Shown here one piece after another: positions 31,616-41,102 of a stretch of DNA of 64,000 bases. The stretch spans positions 20,399 to 84,398 of the forward strand of contig JAYVRX010000071.1 of NCBI GenBank assembly GCA_043775825.1, given 5' to 3'. The position numbers and the translations under genes are program-made. Each line of letters opens with the position of its first letter. Positions within the stretch are counted from its first letter, which is position 1. The DNA is from Deinococcales bacterium. GTDB taxonomy: Bacteria > Deinococcota > Deinococci > Deinococcales > JAAFIG01. Under the pieces are notes generated by a model. It worked only from the letters and a program-made list of their open reading frames with translations, was not told where the DNA came from and searched no databases.

Positions 31616-32673
31616 ATGCAATCCTCGAGCCAAAAACCACCAAAACTTCGCCGTTGTTTTTACGCGCTTTAAACGGCGAGAACACCCGCACCGCGCCCAT
31701 TTGGATTATGCGCCAAGCGGGACGTTACCTGCCCGAATACATGGCACTCAAAGCCCGCTCGAGCTTCTGGGAGATGGTGCGCACCCCGGAGCTGACGGCA
31801 GAAGTCACCCTGCAACCGATTCGCCGTTTCGGTTTGGATGCCGCCATCGTATTTTCCGACATCATGACGCCGCTACCACCGATGGGCGTCAAAATTGAAT
31901 TCAACCCAGGTCCAGTCATCGAAAATCCAATCCGCAGCAAAGCCCAAATTGACGCCCTGATGATTCCTGAAACTGGCGAAATCGCGCCCTTCCTCGAGCA
32001 AGCGATTGGTCTTATCCGAAAAGAGTTAAGCTCGAGCGACACGCCCTTGATTGGTTTCGGTGGCGCTCCGCTGACGCTTGCCACCTACTTGATTCAAGGC
32101 TCTGGCAGCAAAGATTACGAAGAATTCCGTGCCTTCTTGCGCCTAGAGCCTGCCGCTTCCCACGCGCTGCTCGAGAAATTGACCGAAGTTTCAATCCGTT
32201 ACCTTCGCGCCCAGGTCAAAGCTGGCGCTCAAGTGATTCAACTCTTTGACTCTTGGGCTGGTCTTCACGACGAATTAACCTACCGCGAATTTGCCCTGCC
32301 CTACAACCGCAAAGTCTTGGCGGCGCTCGAGGATTTGAACGTCCCCCGAATCTATCTTGCCATCGGTTGCTCGCATTTGTACTCAGTGATTAGCGAACTT
32401 CCAGCCGAAGCCTTCAGCGTTGACTGGCGTTTACCACTGAAAACCATTCGCCCCATTTTTGGCACTCGCACCCTGCAAGGCAACCTCGACTCGAGTGTGC
32501 TGCTTGCGAATAAGGACATCATCAGCCTCGAGGCAAACCGTGTTCTGAAATCAGGTTTGGGCGGCGCACACGTTTTCAATTTGGGGCACGGCATCTCGAG
32601 GTTGACCAACCCAGATCATGTCGCGCATTTGGTGGATGTTGTTAAAAATTTTGATCGACATTTGATAATTTGA
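31612..32673 (+). CDS. hemE: uroporphyrinogen decarboxylase
   Basis: PIWIMRQAGRYLPEY and the typical URO-D layout. Confidence 0.9.
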   Translation: MNAILEPKTTKTSPLFLRALNGENTRTAPIWIMRQAGRYLPEYMALKARSSFWEMVRTPELTAEVTLQPIRRFGLDAAIVFSDIMTPLPPMGVKIEFNPGPVIENPIRSKAQIDALMIPETGEIAPFLEQAIGLIRKELSSSDTPLIGFGGAPLTLATYLIQGSGSKDYEEFRAFLRLEPAASHALLEKLTEVSIRYLRAQVKAGAQVIQLFDSWAGLHDELTYREFALPYNRKVLAALEDLNVPRIYLAIGCSHLYSVISELPAEAFSVDWRLPLKTIRPIFGTRTLQGNLDSSVLLANKDIISLEANRVLKSGLGGAHVFNLGHGISRLTNPDHVAHLVDVVKNFDRHLII

Positions 32674-32676
32674 CGA

Positions 32677-32760
32677 TGTAGGGGCGCTGCTCGCTGCGCC
32701 CTGTCGTTGCTGTATGTACCATTGATCTGTGAATAACGGTGCGCATGGCGCACCCTACCC
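32677..32760. repeat. REP-like palindromic intergenic element (two GC-rich hairpins with inverted GTAGGGGCGC / GCGCACCCTAC termini)
   Basis: AGGG(G)CGC-tgctcgct-GCGCCCT at 32680-32702 and GGTGCGC-atg-GCGCACC at 32738-32754. The outer ends are inverted copies of each other. Confidence 0.5.
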
Positions 32761-32836
32761 CAAGGCATTTTAAAAAACCAGCAATGGTTTGTACATCCCT
32801 ATTGCCCAAAATTGCTCGATTTTCAAAGGAGTTTTT

Positions 32837-33922
32837 ATGACCAATTCCAACCGCGCCATCCTTCTCGTCAACCTCGGTTCGCCCGACAGCACCGATGTCC
32901 CCGATGTCAAAAAGTACCTCAATCAATTTTTGATGGACGCTCGAGTGCTCGATTTTCCGACCTGGTTCAGAAGTTTTTTGGTGCGTGGCGTGATTTTGAA
33001 CGTGCGTCCGAAAAAATCGGCGGCAGCCTACCGTGCGATTTGGTGGGATGAGGGTTCGCCGCTGGTGGTCATTTCCAAACGCGTTCAGATAGCCCTGCAA
33101 GCTCGGGTTGATGTTCCTGTGGGTTTGGCAATGCGTTATCAAAACCCAAGCACCGAGGCGGGCATTAAGGCGCTACTCGAGCAAAATCCAAACCTGACTG
33201 AACTGCTGCTCGTGCCTTTGTACCCGCATTACGCGATGGCAACCACTGAAACCGTGGTGCTCGAGTCTCGAGAGGTGCTGACGCGTTTGGGGTTGGAAGA
33301 TAAAATTGCTTTGAAGATCGTGCCGCCGTTTTACGATCATCCCGCGTATCTCGAGGCGCTCTCAAAGGTTACGGCTGAGCATTTAGAGGGCGACGAGGAT
33401 CATGTTTTGTTCTCCTATCACGGTATCCCAGAGCGTCACGTTCGCAAAAGTGATTGCACGGCTTCGCACTGTTTGAAAGTGCAGAACTGCTGTGAGGTCG
33501 CCAGTCCCGCGCACCAATTTTGTTACCGACATCAACTGACCCGAACCACGCAGGAGGTCGCGGCAAAACTTGGATTGAAAAAATTCAGCATTTCGTTTCA
33601 ATCAAGGCTCGGCGGCGGTTGGCTGCAACCTTTCACCGATAAAAAACTCAAAGCAATGCCAAAGGAGGGCATCAAAAAACTGGCGGTGATCTGCCCAGCG
33701 TTTGTCAGCGATTGTCTCGAGACGCTCGAGGAAATCAACGTCGAGGGGCGCGAAACCTTTATGCACGCCGACGGCGAGTGCTTCACTTACATTCCCTGCA
33801 TGAACGATCACGCGGCTTGGATTGGGGCGCTCGAGCAGATTTGTAGTGAAACCTGGGATGCGCCAAAGCCGTTTCTCGAGACGAATTCGTTGATTCCAGT
33901 TTCGCAAAGGGCGAGCCTGTGA
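32837..33922 (+). CDS. hemH: ferrochelatase
   Basis: ILLVNLGSPDS, LYPHYA, FSYHGIPE, and a conserved C-terminal region. AAGGAG lies upstream of the ATG at 32837. Confidence 0.9.
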   Translation: MTNSNRAILLVNLGSPDSTDVPDVKKYLNQFLMDARVLDFPTWFRSFLVRGVILNVRPKKSAAAYRAIWWDEGSPLVVISKRVQIALQARVDVPVGLAMRYQNPSTEAGIKALLEQNPNLTELLLVPLYPHYAMATTETVVLESREVLTRLGLEDKIALKIVPPFYDHPAYLEALSKVTAEHLEGDEDHVLFSYHGIPERHVRKSDCTASHCLKVQNCCEVASPAHQFCYRHQLTRTTQEVAAKLGLKKFSISFQSRLGGGWLQPFTDKKLKAMPKEGIKKLAVICPAFVSDCLETLEEINVEGRETFMHADGECFTYIPCMNDHAAWIGALEQICSETWDAPKPFLETNSLIPVSQRASL

Positions 33923-35292
33923 AAGTCGCAGTCGTCGGCGCTGGAATCTCGGGTTTGACGGCGGCGTACCGTTTATGGCAAGCGGGTGTCGAGGTCGTGG
34001 TACTCGAGCGCGAGTCTGTGGCTGGCGGGAAAATTCGCAGCTCGAGCCGGGATGGTCTAACCTTTGATTGGGGTCCGAACGGATTTTTGAGCAACGCGCC
34101 CGGTACTTTAAAACTGGTTCACGATTTGGGTTTGAACCCCGAACTCGAGCCTGCAAGCGATGCCGCCAAGCACAGGTTTATCTGGCGCGGTGGCGCTTTG
34201 CACAAACTTCCTGGCACGATTCCCGCCGCAATCACCACCAAACTCCTGACTCCGTTTCAAAAAATTCGGTCGCTGCTCGAGTATTTCGTGCCCGCCAAAA
34301 CCCCCGAGACCGAAAGCGTTTTCGATTTTGCGTTACGTCGTTTTGGTCGTGCCGTCGCCGAAACTTTTATCGCACCGATGGTCATTGGCATCACTTCGGG
34401 CGACGCTCGAGCCACCAGTTTGGACGCGCTATTTCCAAGAATGCGAGGCATGGAGCAAACAAAAGGCGGTCTGCTGAGAGCCATGATCGCGGGGCAGCGT
34501 CAAGCCAAAAAAACTGGTATCGAACCGCCAAGCTCGAGGTTGACCAGTTTTAAACAGGGCGGCATTCAACGCCTGACAGACCGTTTGCAGGAGGTGCTCG
34601 GCAACAACCTCAAATTGGGCGTGACGGTCTCCAAACTCGAGCCTCTCAAAAACGGTTATCGCGTCTTCTCGAGCGTTGGCATGTTCGATGTGGACGCCGT
34701 GATTCTTGCCACACCAGCTTTTGTCAGCGCCGATTTGCTCGAGCCTTCCAAGCCAGAATTGGCACTCGAGTTACGTGCTATTCCTTACGCCGACGTGCGC
34801 GTGTTTGGACTAAGTTTCAACCCCTCCGACGTTCCCGCCAACCTCGGAGGTTTTGGCTTTCTGGCGGCTCGCGGTCAAGGTATCAGAATCTTGGGTTGCT
34901 TGTACACCAGTACGTTGTTTGCGCAACAAACCAGCAGCAACCAAATTTTTCTGCGCGTGATTTGTGGCGGTAGCGTTGACCCAGAATTTTCGAGTTTGAG
35001 TGCTGAAGCCGCGCTCGAAGTTATCAAACACGACCTGCAAAAAACCTTGGGCATCACCGCACAACCCATTTCCGTGCACGAGGCGCGTTGGGACAAAGGC
35101 ATTCCTCAGTACACCCTGGATCATCCAACCCGCATGTCAAGAATCCAAACGCTGATCGAGCAAAGCTCAGGTTTGTATCTTGCTGGCAATGCCTACCGTG
35201 GTGTGGGTGTCAACGACTGCATCCGAGAAGCCGAGAAAACCGTCAAACACATCCTCGCGCAACCTCGAGAACAAGAAAAGATTCTGACATGA
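33919..35292 (+). CDS. hemY: protoporphyrinogen oxidase (HemY / PgoX type, FAD-dependent)
   Basis: VAVVGAGISGLTAAYRL dinucleotide fold, C-terminal GNAYRGVGVNDCI. GTGA overlap with hemH. Confidence 0.85.
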   Translation: MKVAVVGAGISGLTAAYRLWQAGVEVVVLERESVAGGKIRSSSRDGLTFDWGPNGFLSNAPGTLKLVHDLGLNPELEPASDAAKHRFIWRGGALHKLPGTIPAAITTKLLTPFQKIRSLLEYFVPAKTPETESVFDFALRRFGRAVAETFIAPMVIGITSGDARATSLDALFPRMRGMEQTKGGLLRAMIAGQRQAKKTGIEPPSSRLTSFKQGGIQRLTDRLQEVLGNNLKLGVTVSKLEPLKNGYRVFSSVGMFDVDAVILATPAFVSADLLEPSKPELALELRAIPYADVRVFGLSFNPSDVPANLGGFGFLAARGQGIRILGCLYTSTLFAQQTSSNQIFLRVICGGSVDPEFSSLSAEAALEVIKHDLQKTLGITAQPISVHEARWDKGIPQYTLDHPTRMSRIQTLIEQSSGLYLAGNAYRGVGVNDCIREAEKTVKHILAQPREQEKILT

Positions 35293-36191
35293 AACTCGAG
35301 GTGAGTACGTTTATCAAAGATTTGCAACACCGCATCTCGAGTGCGTTTGAAACTTGTGATGGCAGTGCGAAATTTCTGCATGATGATTGGCAGCATCATT
35401 CTGGTGGCGGTGGTCAAGCTCGAGTCATTCAGAACGGTGCAGTCTTTGAAAAAGGGGGCGTGAATTTCTCGGCGGTAAACGGTGTGCTGCCCGAAAAGAT
35501 GGCGGCACGCATGAACTTAACAGGCGAACCCTCTTTTTTTGCGACGGGCGTGAGTGTGGTCATGCACCCGCAAAATCCGTTTGTACCTGCCATACATTGC
35601 AATTTCAGGTATTTTGAATCCTACGACGAATTTGGGAATGTTGCCGATTTTTGGTTTGGCGGCGGCGCAGACCTCACGCCGTGTTACCCGTTTCTCAAGG
35701 ATGCCCAGCATTTTCACGCAACCTTAAAAGCTGCCTGCGATCCGTTTGGCACAGACCTCTACCCAAAGTATAAAGCCCAGTGCGATTCGTACTTTTACCT
35801 GCCTCACCGCCAAGAGACTCGAGGGGTGGGCGGGATTTTCTTCGATTACTTGCGCGGCGATTTTGCACAGAATTTTGCGTTTTTGCAGGCTACGGGCAAT
35901 GCGTTTTTAAATGCTTACTTGCCAATTGTCGAACGCCGCAAGCTCGAGCCTTTCACCCCCCTCGAGCGTGAATGGCAAGAAATCAGGCGCGGACGGTACG
36001 CCGAATTTAACCTGGCGTTTGACCGTGGCACGCAATTTGGACTGGAAACAAACGGACGCACCGAAAGTATTTTGATGAGCCTGCCGCCGGTCACGCGATG
36101 GGTGTATAACCACACGCCAGAACCAAACTCGAGGGAAGCAAAATTGAAAGATTTTTTGAAAGCCAGGGATTGGTTGGGAAAAAACTGGTAA
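35289..36191 (+). CDS. hemF: oxygen-dependent coproporphyrinogen-III oxidase
   Basis: FEKGGVNFS, VMHPQNPFVP..H.N.RYF, WFGGGADLTP, RGVGGIFFDY. ATGA overlap with hemY. Confidence 0.9.
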   Translation: MKLEVSTFIKDLQHRISSAFETCDGSAKFLHDDWQHHSGGGGQARVIQNGAVFEKGGVNFSAVNGVLPEKMAARMNLTGEPSFFATGVSVVMHPQNPFVPAIHCNFRYFESYDEFGNVADFWFGGGADLTPCYPFLKDAQHFHATLKAACDPFGTDLYPKYKAQCDSYFYLPHRQETRGVGGIFFDYLRGDFAQNFAFLQATGNAFLNAYLPIVERRKLEPFTPLEREWQEIRRGRYAEFNLAFDRGTQFGLETNGRTESILMSLPPVTRWVYNHTPEPNSREAKLKDFLKARDWLGKNW

Positions 36192-36220
36192 TTGATGCTG
36201 GAGCTTTGGTCTTAATTGCT

Positions 36221-36250
36221 AAATTAACCTAATTTCGATTAGGTTAATTT
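36221..36250. promoter_or_regulatory. perfect 13-bp inverted repeat (candidate operator) upstream of the DUF234 ATPase gene
   Basis: AAATTAACCTAAT-ttcg-ATTAGGTTAATTT, ending 18 nt before the ATG at 36268. The AT-rich stem is unlike a terminator. Confidence 0.4.
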
Positions 36251-36267
36251 GTGTTAGACTAAATAGT

Positions 36268-37680
36268 ATGGCATTTATTGGTAGAACTTATGAACTCGAG
36301 GTTTTGAGACGTGAGTACCAACAAACTCACGCCTCATTAATCGTTGTATATGGACGGCGACGTGTTGGAAAGAGCACATTAATCCTCGAGAGCTTACGAG
36401 GTTCAAGGTTTGTTTACCACCAAGCCAGTCGTTTGACCGACCAAGACAACCTAAGTCTATTCAAACGAAGCATTGATAATCCATATGAGTCAAACCCAAT
36501 TCTACATGGACTAAATGACTGGTCTGCTGTACTTGCGTATCTCGAGATTCTGGCACAAAGACAGCCTGGACTGACCATCGTCATTGATGAATTCCCGTAT
36601 TTGTGCGAAGCTCAACCAGGACTCCCAAGCCTGATCCAAGCCTTTTGGGATCGTATTCGCAGCAATTACACGCAACTTAATCTTGTATTGTGTGGCTCGA
36701 GCATTGCCTTCATGGAAGACCTGCTCAACGAACGCAATCCGCTTCGAGGACGCCAAAACCTAACCCTTGATCTCGAACCCATGCCGTACACTGATGTAGC
36801 CAAATGGGTTCCAGATTGGAGTGTAATGGAGCAACTTCGTTTGTACGGCATGCTTGGTGGTATGCCGTATTACCTTGCGATGATAAACCCAAATCTCAAG
36901 CTTGAAGACAACTTGCTCGAGATTGTCCTGACAAGAGGATCACCTCTGTTTGAAGAACCAACGCAACTCCTGCAGTCGGAATTAAAAGCCCCACAACGTT
37001 ACGCCAGCATCTTACGCGCCATCAGCGAGGGGTGTCATAAAGCAGGTGAAATTATTGGGCGAGTCAAAGATTTCAAAGATGCCTCAGAACTTTCTCCCTA
37101 CCTCAAAAAACTCGAGGCTTTAAGATTAATCGAAATTACACGCTCGCTTGACACCACTGAAAAAGATCGAAACCGAAAATATACCCTCAGCGACCCATTT
37201 CTTGAGTTCTGGTTTCGGTTTGTGCTGCCCAATCAAAGTGCGCTCGAAGCTGGTCATTCAATACAAGTGTTCGAGAAATTGATAAAGCCTTTCTTAGATG
37301 ATTATATGGGCGCAGCCTTTGAAACAATTTGCCACGAGTTTATGCGATTACACGCCCAAACAATCCTGAAAATCCCAGTGCGGACAGTTGGACGGATTTG
37401 GACGGCAAATTATGATTTGGACGTGGCGGGAGAATTGCTCGACGGATCAACCATTTACGGAGAATGCAAATGGTGGAAAGATAAAGTCGGTGAAAATGTA
37501 CTCGAGCGACTTCTTGAAACGTCCGCTCAAGCCAAATACGGTACTTCAGATGAACGCACGCAGTACCTGCTGTTTTCAAAATTCGGATTTACACCTGCGC
37601 TAAAGGCACGAGCCAAGCAAGATAAAAAATTGCATTTGGTCACACTCGAGAAATTGCTTGGGAAAAAACCAAGACGGTAA
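36268..37680 (+). CDS. AAA-type ATPase with C-terminal DUF234 (archaeal-ATPase-like, PF01637/PF03008 architecture)
   Basis: FIGRTYELEVL, Walker A GRRRVGKST, Walker B IVIDEFPYL, and a C-terminal segment typical of DUF234. Confidence 0.7.
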   Translation: MAFIGRTYELEVLRREYQQTHASLIVVYGRRRVGKSTLILESLRGSRFVYHQASRLTDQDNLSLFKRSIDNPYESNPILHGLNDWSAVLAYLEILAQRQPGLTIVIDEFPYLCEAQPGLPSLIQAFWDRIRSNYTQLNLVLCGSSIAFMEDLLNERNPLRGRQNLTLDLEPMPYTDVAKWVPDWSVMEQLRLYGMLGGMPYYLAMINPNLKLEDNLLEIVLTRGSPLFEEPTQLLQSELKAPQRYASILRAISEGCHKAGEIIGRVKDFKDASELSPYLKKLEALRLIEITRSLDTTEKDRNRKYTLSDPFLEFWFRFVLPNQSALEAGHSIQVFEKLIKPFLDDYMGAAFETICHEFMRLHAQTILKIPVRTVGRIWTANYDLDVAGELLDGSTIYGECKWWKDKVGENVLERLLETSAQAKYGTSDERTQYLLFSKFGFTPALKARAKQDKKLHLVTLEKLLGKKPRR

Positions 37681-37681
37681 A

Positions 37682-38215
37682 TCATTGATTCACTTGCAGC
37701 AACCAATACTCTTCGCGCAACATTCCAAACAAATGCACGTCACCGCGCATACCACGGTAGGTTTCATGTCGGCGCAAAACGCCTTCCAATTTAAAACCCA
37801 GTTTCTCGAGCACCCGAAGACTGCGGGTGTTTGCGGCGTTCACCTCAGAAGTCACCCGCTCGAGTTTTAAGTTTTCAAACGCCACCTCGAGCATCAATTT
37901 TGCACCGATACAACCAAGACCTTGACCCCACGAACTCGAGTCTCCAATGGCGTACCCAAGACTGGCTCGAGCCTCAAACGCGTTGATGTCTGCAAGGTCG
38001 GCGTAACCAATCAATTGACCGTCAAACGTGATACCTTTGCGAATTAGCGTGTCGCTGGATTTGGTAATAATACCTGTCCAGTGATTTATTAAACGCTCTT
38101 CTGGAATCTCGAGCGACCAATCGTTTGCCAAACAAAATTCGCTGTCTTTCGCCCAAAGCATTACGATGTTTAAATCCTCGAGTTGTAACGGGCGAAGTTT
38201 AACGTCTTGTCGCAT
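37682..38215 (-). CDS. GNAT family N-acetyltransferase (RimJ/RimL-like)
   Basis: LRPLQLEDL..., WGQGLG, LERVTSEVNAANTRSLRVLEKLGFKLEG. Confidence 0.8.
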   Translation of the reverse strand: MRQDVKLRPLQLEDLNIVMLWAKDSEFCLANDWSLEIPEERLINHWTGIITKSSDTLIRKGITFDGQLIGYADLADINAFEARASLGYAIGDSSSWGQGLGCIGAKLMLEVAFENLKLERVTSEVNAANTRSLRVLEKLGFKLEGVLRRHETYRGMRGDVHLFGMLREEYWLLQVNQ

Positions 38216-38321
38216 TGACGGATACTATACTGTACGCGTCTCGAGCAAATTTTTATTCGTGATCAAAATTCAGATCGGGTGGTTTGATGTCAAAACTGGT
38301 TTTACAAAGAGGAAAATTCCA

Positions 38322-39173
38322 ATGCTCCACCTACGCATATTTGTCCTGATATTTCTTGCCATGATTGCCTTTGCTGGCAATTCGCTGCTCTGCCGAATTG
38401 CCCTGAAGCATACCAGCATTGATGCCGCCAGTTTCACCACAATTCGCTTGACCGCTGGCGCAATCATGCTTTGGTTAATCGTGAAAATGCGTCACGACGC
38501 ACCCGCCAGCAAAGGCAATTGGTTTTCGGCACTGGTGTTGTTTATTTACGCGGCAGGGTTTTCTTTCGCTTATGTCAGCCTTCCCGCCTCAACGGGAGCG
38601 CTGTTGCTCTTTGGGGCAGTCCAAGCCACCATGATCGGTCACGGTATTTGGCAAGGCGAGCGTCTGCAAAGACCTCAACTTCTGGGTTTGCTGCTGGCAT
38701 TCGCAGGACTGGTCGGACTGCTGCTGCCAGGTCTGACCGCACCGCCATTGTTCGGTTCTGTACTGATGCTGATTGCTGGAATCGCCTGGGGAATTTATTC
38801 TTTGCGTGGCAAAGGCGCGGGTGATCCGATTCGAGTGACCGCCGGAAATTTCTTGCGAACGATTCCGATTGCCGCAGTTTTAATTGTCATTTTTTGGAAC
38901 AAAATATCTTTGAACAACCCTGGTTTTTGGTACGCGATTGTTTCGGGGGCACTGACCTCAGGAATTGGCTACGCCATTTGGTACAGCGCACTGCCCGCCT
39001 TAAAAGCCACCACCGCCGCCACAGTCCAACTGAGCGTTCCCGTCATTGCCGCTTTGGGTGGCATCGTTTTTCTTGGCGAATCGCTGACTTGGCGCTTAAT
39101 CTTGGCTTCGCTGGCGATTCTTGGTGGGGTGGTGTTGGTGATCTTGGAAAAACAACAAGCTCGAGGTCTTTAA
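38322..39173 (+). CDS. EamA/DMT-family transporter
   Basis: Ten TM helices in two EamA repeats. Start chosen at MLHLRIF, with AGAGGA upstream. Confidence 0.75.
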   Translation: MLHLRIFVLIFLAMIAFAGNSLLCRIALKHTSIDAASFTTIRLTAGAIMLWLIVKMRHDAPASKGNWFSALVLFIYAAGFSFAYVSLPASTGALLLFGAVQATMIGHGIWQGERLQRPQLLGLLLAFAGLVGLLLPGLTAPPLFGSVLMLIAGIAWGIYSLRGKGAGDPIRVTAGNFLRTIPIAAVLIVIFWNKISLNNPGFWYAIVSGALTSGIGYAIWYSALPALKATTAATVQLSVPVIAALGGIVFLGESLTWRLILASLAILGGVVLVILEKQQARGL

Positions 39174-39347
39174 CAGAGCGTTCTGCCAGTCGTCTAAATC
39201 GGTGATGAATGCAAAATATTATTCTCCAAAAGTTCTTCGTGTTGATCTATCCAAGAAGAATCTTTGCTTGCGTCACTTTGAGGATTCTCGAGATTGCCAA
39301 TTTGTGCTAAAATCTGGTCAGAATAGTCAGAAACTCGAGGTAAAAAC

Positions 39348-39623
39348 GTGCGAATTCAAGTTCAGGAAGCCAAAGCCAAACTCTGTGAAATGCTGGAACG
39401 CGCCAATCTTGGGGAAAACATTATCATTACCAAACACGGAAAAGACACCGCCGTAATTCTCAGCATCGAATCGTATCAACGCTTGGAGGCTCAACCAAAC
39501 ATCAGCACCTGGCAAGCCTTACGAGACGATGAAAATCTGCTGGACAACCAAGAAGCAGATGCACTCTTCGCTCGAGACACCACACCATTCAAGCCTCGAG
39601 TGACATTCGAGGAACTCGAGTGA
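39348..39623 (+). CDS. Phd/YefM-type antitoxin
   Basis: ...VQEAKAKLCEMLERANLGENIIITKHGKDTAVILSIESYQRL. 4-nt overlap with the downstream PIN gene. Confidence 0.8.
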   Translation: MRIQVQEAKAKLCEMLERANLGENIIITKHGKDTAVILSIESYQRLEAQPNISTWQALRDDENLLDNQEADALFARDTTPFKPRVTFEELE

Positions 39624-40036
39624 CATACTTGCTCGACACAAACGTTGTCAGTGAATCCCGCAAAAAAATTCCAGATGCGAACGTGCAACACTGGCTCGAA
39701 AGCCAACCCGTAGCGGTTCAGCACATCAGCGTGATTAGCCTTGGCGAATTGCTGCAAGGCGCAAAACGCGCCAAAACATCCGAACAACGCGCCAATCTCG
39801 AGAACTGGCTTGAAAGACTCGAGAAGAGATTCGCAGAGCGTGTGTTGCCTCTGGACAGTGCCGTGATGCAAGTTTGGGCAGATGTGACCACAACCGCTAT
39901 CAATCGCGGGCAAACCGTACCATTGATGGATTCGTTGATTGCTGCCAGTGCAATTCGGCACGGGTTGATTCTGGTCACGCGAAACACGCAAGATGTAAAA
40001 GCGCTTGGGGTCAAGATATTTAATCCGTGGAAGTAG
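39620..40036 (+). CDS. vapC: VapC/FitB-type PIN-domain toxin
   Basis: YLLDTNVVSE, conserved acidic residues (D at LMDSLIAA), and ...LVTRNTQDV. Confidence 0.85.
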   Translation: MTYLLDTNVVSESRKKIPDANVQHWLESQPVAVQHISVISLGELLQGAKRAKTSEQRANLENWLERLEKRFAERVLPLDSAVMQVWADVTTTAINRGQTVPLMDSLIAASAIRHGLILVTRNTQDVKALGVKIFNPWK

Positions 40037-40045
40037 AATCAACAA

Positions 40046-40751
40046 ATGTTAAACCCTGCGAATGTAGAACATTTGATTTTTGAACTCGAGAAATACCTTG
40101 AAACTGATATCAAAATGAGTTCCGAATATCTCGAGTGGCACAGTGGTGTGTATGCTGTGGTTGATTGTGTCTTTAGTGCTCAAGCAAAATACAATTCAAT
40201 GGTTCTTCCAATTCTTCAAAAACGTCTTCCATTGCGTTCTAACCTTCAAGATGATCCCGAACTAAAATTTAGCGCTTTTTTACAAGACATTGATTCGTCC
40301 GGGATCGATAAATTTGAGCGTTATGCCGATGAGGTCGTCTTGAATAAGCAAAAAAATCAGCAACCGTCGTAAAACCGAAATTTGTTATGACGTATGCAAC
40401 TTTTTTGTGAAAAGAGGGTTTCAAACCAAAAATGACCTTCAAGTTTTAAGCAGTGCTGAACTTCAAGAACTTGTTCTGATTGATCTTCAACAATCCATTC
40501 GAGGAATTGGGTCAACTTTGGCGAAGTATTTGTTGATGTTGGTTGGAGATGAGTCTCACATCAAGCCAGATACCATGATTCTACGGTTTTTCTCGAGGCT
40601 CAGTTTGTGGCAGCCACGTTCCAGCAGTGACCAGGACTCAGAAACTATTCGTCAGGTTATTGCGAGTGTGGCATTGCAGCACGCTACGACACCTGCTCGA
40701 CTCGATCATGCGATTTGGTTATTTGAGAGTGCCTTGTCCAAAGCAATTTAG
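40046..40751 (+). pseudogene. frameshifted gene for a protein of about 235 aa with a helix-hairpin-helix-like motif (ORFs 40046-40372 and 40407-40751)
   Basis: Removing one A from the A7 run at 40350-40356 fuses the ORFs: ...VLNKQKISNRRKTEICYDVCNFFVKRGFQTKNDLQ.... The downstream part has GIGSTLAKYLLMLVG...IKPDTMILRFF. Confidence 0.6.
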
Positions 40752-40760
40752 GATCACTCT

Positions 40761-41069
40761 TTAAGTCATTTCTCGAGCCTCACGGTTTCGCACTTGCAGC
40801 CGCGCAATCTCGAGCGAACGCTTCAGCAATTGCACGGCGGTTTGCGTGTCTTGTTCTTGGCGCAAGTACAAACTGATCCAACCGCTGTCAATCAATAAAT
40901 GATGTGGTTTGGCAAGACCGCCCGCGATCACTTCATCGCGCACTGGTTTTGGAAATGGAATGTCCACCAGTCGTTCACCGTGAACATGCCCAATCTCGCG
41001 TTTGCCAAGGCGGTATTCTGTGCCGCCAAAACGGTGCGGGTGCGCGGTCACGCCCTGCTGCTCGAGCAT
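40761..41069 (-). CDS. small luciferase-domain-like protein (PF17648-like)
   Basis: HRFGGTEYRLGKREIGHVHGERLVDIPFPKPVRDEVI...GWISLYL resembles proteins annotated as luciferase family. Confidence 0.45.
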   Translation of the reverse strand: MLEQQGVTAHPHRFGGTEYRLGKREIGHVHGERLVDIPFPKPVRDEVIAGGLAKPHHLLIDSGWISLYLRQEQDTQTAVQLLKRSLEIARLQVRNREAREMT

Positions 41070-41102
41070 GGCGTTGTGAATAATCTCAGAACTTTTTACG
41101 GC

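Noticed and set aside
39174-40760. Flanking direct repeats around the Phd-VapC cassette (and likewise around the TA pairs at 46.6-47.5 kb and 50.4-51.0 kb), analogous to the four bracketed insertions
   Set aside because: I compared the 3' ends of the neighbouring genes with the opposite flanks by eye and found no convincing match beyond a few nucleotides.
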